DNA of 64,000 nucleotides from an uncultured Agathobacter sp. (GTDB taxonomy: Bacteria > Bacillota > Clostridia > Lachnospirales > Lachnospiraceae), in NCBI GenBank assembly GCA_934359755.1, contig CAKRLV010000009.1, forward strand, positions 35,139 to 99,138, written 5' to 3'. Shown one piece after another: positions 59,508 through 64,000 of the stretch (position 1 is the first letter of the stretch; each line of letters opens with the position of its first letter). The notes under the pieces were generated by a model. The model saw nothing but the letters and a program-made list of their open reading frames with translations, was not told the DNA's origin and ran no database searches. A program made the position numbers and the translations under genes.

Positions 59508-60245
59508 TTACGTTTCAATCCAGGATATCATGGTAAGCCCATGTGCTGGCGCTGTCGGTCCTGCTGCATTTCTGTCGCAGGCTTCCAATATACTTCTCAT
59601 ATTATCAACAGAAATTGTACCGTCTCCAACCTTTATCAACGTTCCCGCTATTATTCTTACCATATTGTACAAAAAGCCATTGCCCTTTATACGGATAGTA
59701 ATAACATCATCCTTTTTATTTACATCGCATGAATATATCGTGCGTACAGTAGTCTTCACCTGGCTCCCCGCACTGCAAAAGCTCTTGAAGTCATGTTCCC
59801 CCACCAGTATGTCTGCCGCTCTCTGCATCTTATACACATCCAGCTTGTAGTGGAAGAAATATGTATCAAGTCTGCGTGTAGGGTCAGGGAATTTTCTGTT
59901 CAGGATTCTATATTCATATGTCTTCGTACTGTTTACATATCTCGGATGCCAATCATCTGGCACTTCCGCTGAATCAACTACCACAACGTCATCTGGCAGG
60001 CTTTGATTTATGGCGTAGCATATCTTATCCCCTGGCATTCTCGTATTTGTGTCAAAAACACATATATTTCCAAGGGAATGTACCCCTGAATCAGTTCGGC
60101 TCGCACCGCTTACTACTATCTCTTCACCCAAAAGTATGCTAAGTTTCTCATTTAGAACCTGTTCAATTGTAATTCCATTCGGCTGCACCTGCCAGCCACA
60201 ATAATTGGTGCCATCGTAGGCAACCGTCATTCTTATTCTTTTCAT
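59508..60245 (-). CDS. truA: tRNA pseudouridine(38-40) synthase
   Basis: VAYDGTNYCGWQVQPN...RTDSGVHS catalytic Asp motif. Confidence 0.9.
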   Translation of the reverse strand: MKRIRMTVAYDGTNYCGWQVQPNGITIEQVLNEKLSILLGEEIVVSGASRTDSGVHSLGNICVFDTNTRMPGDKICYAINQSLPDDVVVVDSAEVPDDWHPRYVNSTKTYEYRILNRKFPDPTRRLDTYFFHYKLDVYKMQRAADILVGEHDFKSFCSAGSQVKTTVRTIYSCDVNKKDDVITIRIKGNGFLYNMVRIIAGTLIKVGDGTISVDNMRSILEACDRNAAGPTAPAHGLTMISWIET

Positions 60246-60407
60246 TCTTTAAATACCCTATAGTTTAAATATCCAATAACCACTACGAGGGGCAAACGCC
60301 TTGCCCCTCATAACTATATCCATATATCAACATCTTTAAGTACACATCTATATGCCTGCACACCTATACGCCTGCACATCTATCTATACACATATCCCTA
60401 TATGTCA

Positions 60408-61223
60408 TTACTGTGGAAATGGTAAAAAAATTCTAAGCACAATTACCGCTGCCATAAAAATAATTGACCAAGCATACACAACATAATCTCTTCTTGCATA
60501 AGCAAGTGGTTTCATCTTAGTTCTTCCTTCTCCACCATTATAACATCTTGCTTCCATCGCCATCGCCAGATCATCAGCTCTTCTAAATGCTGATACAAAA
60601 AGTGGTACAAGAAGCGGCACCATATTCTTTGCCTTCTTGATAATTCCACCCGTCTCAAAATCAGCCCCTCTTGCCATCTGTGCTTTCATAATCTTGTCTG
60701 TCTCTTCTATCAGAATAGGTATGAATCTAAGAGCAATTGACATCATCATCGCAATCGCATGTACAGGCACATTAATCCTATTCAATGGATGAAGTGCTTT
60801 CTCAAGACCATCTGTAAGCTGCTTTGGCGTTGTCGTAAGTGTCATAAGCGATGTTCCAAGTATCAGATATACAAGTCGGATTGTCATAGTAACCGCATTG
60901 GATATTCCTTCATCTGTAATCTGAAACACGCCGTATTTCCAATAAACCGTTCCTGTAGGAGTCAAAAGAAGATTAAATGCTGAAGTAATAAGCAACAGAA
61001 TAAGAATAGCCTTGAGTCCTTTTACCATATACTTAAATGGCACTTTAGAAATATAAATACTCCCTATCAGAAAGCATGTGATAAGAACAAATCCAGCAAC
61101 TCCCTTATATGTAAAAAGGGCAATTATATACAATAACGTCACAAACAATTTTACTCTCGGGTCCAGCTTATGCACTAACGAATCAGCAGGATAATACTGG
61201 CCTATCGTAATATCTCTAATCAT
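60408..61223 (-). CDS. ecfT: Energy-coupling factor transporter transmembrane component
   Basis: CbiQ-like sequence. Position after the two ecfA genes. Confidence 0.85.
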   Translation of the reverse strand: MIRDITIGQYYPADSLVHKLDPRVKLFVTLLYIIALFTYKGVAGFVLITCFLIGSIYISKVPFKYMVKGLKAILILLLITSAFNLLLTPTGTVYWKYGVFQITDEGISNAVTMTIRLVYLILGTSLMTLTTTPKQLTDGLEKALHPLNRINVPVHAIAMMMSIALRFIPILIEETDKIMKAQMARGADFETGGIIKKAKNMVPLLVPLFVSAFRRADDLAMAMEARCYNGGEGRTKMKPLAYARRDYVVYAWSIIFMAAVIVLRIFLPFPQ

Positions 61224-61228
61224 AATAG

Positions 61229-62086
61229 TTACCCCTTAACCTTATTATAAGCTTCTATAATACTCTCACATGCTTCATCAACAGTGGTAGCATCCAAGTC
61301 TACTTGTATGCCTCTATCATTTAATTCATGCATAAAATATGTGACCTGTGGTGCAGCAAGTCCGACTTCTTCAAGTTCTTTGTAATGGTGGAATACTTCT
61401 TTAGGCTTTCCATCTAACATCACTTCACCTGAATTCATAACAATAATTCTTTCAACATACTGAGCAACATCTTCCATGCTGTGCGATACAAGAATTACTG
61501 TTATTCCTATCTCTTTATGCATCTTCGATATGAGTCCAAGTATCTCGTCACGGCCTGCTGGATCAAGTCCTGCTGTTGGCTCGTCCAATATAAGCACATC
61601 CGGTCTCATAGCAAGAACTCCCGCGATAGCCACACGTCGCTTCTGTCCTCCCGATAGATCAAATGGAGAATTTGAATAAAATTCATCTGGGAATCTGACA
61701 TTGCGGAGTGCCTCTACTGCACGTGATTCTACTTCTTCTTTTGGCAAGCCGAGATTCTTAGGTCCAAAACATACATCCTCGAAATTCGTCGTCTCAAAAA
61801 GCTGATGCTCTGGATATTGAAATACCATTCCGACCTTGAATCTAAGCTGTCTTAAGTCATACTTATCTGAGTAAATATCCTCGCCATTGTACAGAATAGT
61901 CCCCGAAGTTGCTTTAAGAAGTCCGTTCAAATGCTGTACCAGTGTTGACTTCCCAGAACCTGTATGTCCAATTATTCCAACAAATTCCCCATCGCCTATA
62001 GTAAGATTTACATTCTTAAGTGCCTGCACCTTGTACGCCGAATCCTCACTATAGCAATAATTTATATTCTTTAATTCTATCGACAT
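61229..62086 (-). CDS. ecfA2: ECF transporter ATPase EcfA2
   Basis: GHTGSGKST, LSGGQKRRVAIAGVLAM, LILDEPTAGLDP. Confidence 0.9.
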   Translation of the reverse strand: MSIELKNINYCYSEDSAYKVQALKNVNLTIGDGEFVGIIGHTGSGKSTLVQHLNGLLKATSGTILYNGEDIYSDKYDLRQLRFKVGMVFQYPEHQLFETTNFEDVCFGPKNLGLPKEEVESRAVEALRNVRFPDEFYSNSPFDLSGGQKRRVAIAGVLAMRPDVLILDEPTAGLDPAGRDEILGLISKMHKEIGITVILVSHSMEDVAQYVERIIVMNSGEVMLDGKPKEVFHHYKELEEVGLAAPQVTYFMHELNDRGIQVDLDATTVDEACESIIEAYNKVKG

Positions 62087-62098
62087 TGTGACTCCTAA

Positions 62099-62962
62099 TT
62101 AGTTACCAAAGCATTTGCTTACCGCATCAACAAGTTCTTCTCTCGTCAATACCCCTGCTGGTATATCCATTCCTTTTTTTCTAAGTTCATATCCTAAGAG
62201 AGTAACCTGTGGAACATCAAGTCGGTGTGCTTTGAGCTTCCCAACCTGCGAAAAAATATCTCTTGGTGTTCCATCCATGATTATCTTTCCTTTTTCCATG
62301 ACGTATACATAATCTGCATCCACTACTTCTTCCATATAATGAGTGATAAGAAGTATTGTTACACCCTTGTCTTTATTGAGCTTATGGGCAGTTGCAATTA
62401 CTTCTTTACGTCCATTCGGATCCAGCATAGCTGTTGGCTCGTCAAATATTATGCACTTAGGTTCCATAGCCACAATGCCCGCGATTGCGACCCTCTGCTT
62501 CTGACCTCCGGACAGCTTATTCGGTGAATGCTTTCTGTACTTCGTCATGCCTACTGCCTTAAGACTCCTGTCTACCCGCTCAAGTATCTCTTCAGTCGGA
62601 ACTCCTATATTCTCAGGTCCAAATCCTACATCCTCTTCAACCACACTTGCTATAATCTGATTGTCCGGATTCTGGAATACCATTCCTGCATTCTTACGGA
62701 CCGGAATAATATTCTTTGGATCAGATACATCCATGCCATCTACCCAGATTGTGCCCTCTGACGGTGCAAGAAGCGCATTAATATGCTTTGCAAGTGTAGA
62801 TTTACCCGAACCATTATGTCCGAGAATAGCTATAAACTTACCTGGTTCAATGTCAAGATCCACACCGTCAAGCGCAGTATTTACAGCTTCAACATTGCCT
62901 TCCTCATCTCTTCTGATAAACCTGTGAACCAATTTACTTGCCTTAATTATACCCATATTCAT
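62099..62962 (-). CDS. ecfA1: ECF transporter ATPase EcfA1
   Basis: GHNGSGKST, LSGGQKQRVAIAGIVAM, IIFDEPTAMLDP. Confidence 0.9.
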   Translation of the reverse strand: MNMGIIKASKLVHRFIRRDEEGNVEAVNTALDGVDLDIEPGKFIAILGHNGSGKSTLAKHINALLAPSEGTIWVDGMDVSDPKNIIPVRKNAGMVFQNPDNQIIASVVEEDVGFGPENIGVPTEEILERVDRSLKAVGMTKYRKHSPNKLSGGQKQRVAIAGIVAMEPKCIIFDEPTAMLDPNGRKEVIATAHKLNKDKGVTILLITHYMEEVVDADYVYVMEKGKIIMDGTPRDIFSQVGKLKAHRLDVPQVTLLGYELRKKGMDIPAGVLTREELVDAVSKCFGN

Positions 62963-63462
62963 TCGTCCCAGCTCAATCTATGAAGCTGTCCTTCTAATTT
63001 CATATGATCAAAATCATTCTGTCTTAGTGCCTCATACAAAACAATAGCAACAGAATTTGAGAGATTAAGAGATCTTGTCTCACCAATCATTGGAATTCTG
63101 ACACATGTATCCGGATTTTCCTTTAGAATCTCCTCTGGTATTCCTGCACTCTCTTTTCCAAACATAATATAACAGTCTGATTCATAATCCACTTCTGAAT
63201 ATACATGACGCGCTTTAGTTGTCGCATAATAAATCTTCACTCCTGGATTCTTTTCACAGAAATCTTCCCAGTTCACATATGTATGAACATCTAAATCCTT
63301 CCAATAATCCATCCCCGCTCTCTTAAGTGCTTTCTCGCTAAGTGAAAACCCAAGCGGCTCTATAAGATGCAGACTTGTTCCTGTTGCAACACATGTTCTT
63401 CCTATATTTCCTGTATTAGCCGGAATCTCCGGCTCATATAAAACTATATTTAGTTTAGCCAT
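62959..63462 (-). CDS. trmL: tRNA (cytidine/uridine-34 2'-O)-methyltransferase, SpoU/TrmL family
   Basis: 167 aa, SPOUT fold motifs (IVLYEPEIPANTGNIGRT, FGKESAGIP). Confidence 0.8.
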   Translation of the reverse strand: MAKLNIVLYEPEIPANTGNIGRTCVATGTSLHLIEPLGFSLSEKALKRAGMDYWKDLDVHTYVNWEDFCEKNPGVKIYYATTKARHVYSEVDYESDCYIMFGKESAGIPEEILKENPDTCVRIPMIGETRSLNLSNSVAIVLYEALRQNDFDHMKLEGQLHRLSWDE

Positions 63463-63478
63463 TTTATGCCCCTGTTAT

Positions 63479-64000
63479 TTATTTTCGTTTAGCTCTGAGT
63501 TCATTAATAAAGACTTCTATTCTTCCAAGTGCTTCCTTTAAGTCTTCTACTGAATATGCATATGATATTCTAAGGAATCCCTCACCACACTCACCGAATG
63601 CGGTTCCTGGAACAACTGCGACTTTCTGTGACTTAAGAAGTTCATTTGCGAATTCTTCCGAAGTCATTCCAAATTCCTTAATTGATGGGAACATATAAAA
63701 TGCACCAAATGGTTCAAAACACTCAAGTCCCATCTCTTTAAATCTGTGAAGCAGATATCGTCTTCTCTGATTATATTCTTCGCGCATCATCACTACATCT
63801 TCATCGCCATTCTTGAGAGCCTCAACAGCTGCATACTGACTTGTTGTAGGCGCACACATAATTGCGAACTGATGAATCTTGGTCATCTGCGATATAATGA
63901 CTTCTGGACCACACGCATATCCAAGTCTCCATCCTGTCATAGCGTATGCCTTTGAAAAACCATTAATGAGAATAGTACGCTCCTTCATTCCTGGAAGTGA
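63479..64000 (-). CDS. Class I/II-fold PLP-dependent aminotransferase (C-terminal part; the gene continues beyond the window end)
   Basis: INGFSKAYAMTGWRLGY lysine-PLP motif. Confidence 0.75.
   Translation of the reverse strand, partial: SLPGMKERTILINGFSKAYAMTGWRLGYACGPEVIISQMTKIHQFAIMCAPTTSQYAAVEALKNGDEDVVMMREEYNQRRRYLLHRFKEMGLECFEPFGAFYMFPSIKEFGMTSEEFANELLKSQKVAVVPGTAFGECGEGFLRISYAYSVEDLKEALGRIEVFINELRAKRK

Overview
This 64-kb window looks like chromosomal DNA from a low-GC Firmicute (Clostridia/Lachnospiraceae-like codon usage, AGGAGG ribosome-binding sites, and an ecfA-ecfA-ecfT-truA ... rplM-rpsI backbone). About 90% of the coding sequence is on the minus strand.

Contents, in order:
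- 39-14670: a roughly 14.6-kb tightly packed minus-strand gene string. It runs from a GldG-like auxiliary protein through an ABC-2 exporter (ATPase and permease), a transmembrane coiled-coil protein with an Asn/Gly-rich tract, a MoxR AAA+ ATPase, a DUF58 protein and three vWA domains in two proteins (a Bat-like module). It ends with a secreted papain-like C1 peptidase carrying Fn3 domains.
- 15386-17686: an OmpR/histidine-kinase two-component pair plus a Lar-like zinc-ribbon peptide.
- 17752-21224: a VTC / DUF4956 / beta-helix lipoprotein operon.
- 22220-22293: tRNA-Pro(CGG).
- 22522-31893: housekeeping genes (SDR oxidoreductase, GH13 debranching enzyme, CapA, SAM methyltransferase), a cadmium/zinc resistance unit (split HMA chaperone, CPC-type P-type ATPase, ArsR/CadC) and a chemotaxis receptor.
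- 32236-38348: a ThrH-type bifunctional phosphoserine phosphatase, a FliB-like lysine methylase next to a TrpB-like PLP enzyme, and an NSS transporter.
- 39127-42208: a YtrA-like GntR operon with two ABC ATPases.
- 43990-48500: an accessory island abutting the 3' end of rpsI. It carries a tiny holin-like type-I-toxin-like peptide, a DpnI-like methyl-directed restriction endonuclease translationally overlapped with a beta-class DNA methyltransferase (atypical DHPW motif IV), a duplicated small-gene module and a HicAB toxin-antitoxin pair.
- 48508-49346: rplM-rpsI with a near-consensus promoter and leader.
- 49699-58590: a uracil permease and a complete polyamine biosynthesis cluster (speA, speE, carboxyspermidine dehydrogenase, carboxynorspermidine decarboxylase, aguA, aguB).
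- 59508-64000: truA, ecfT, ecfA2, ecfA1, trmL and a partial aminotransferase.

The most notable non-genic signals:
- A roughly 330-350-bp element with terminal inverted repeats (MITE-like), present twice in inverted orientation (14893-15242 and 52007-52332). The second copy sits between aguB and aguA inside the polyamine operon.
- Several intergenic tandem-repeat arrays, a 48-bp perfect palindrome, shared 5'-UTR hairpin motifs, and att-like 21-bp cores duplicated from the rpsI 3' end.

All calls come from reading the sequence and the ORF translations. No database searches were run.
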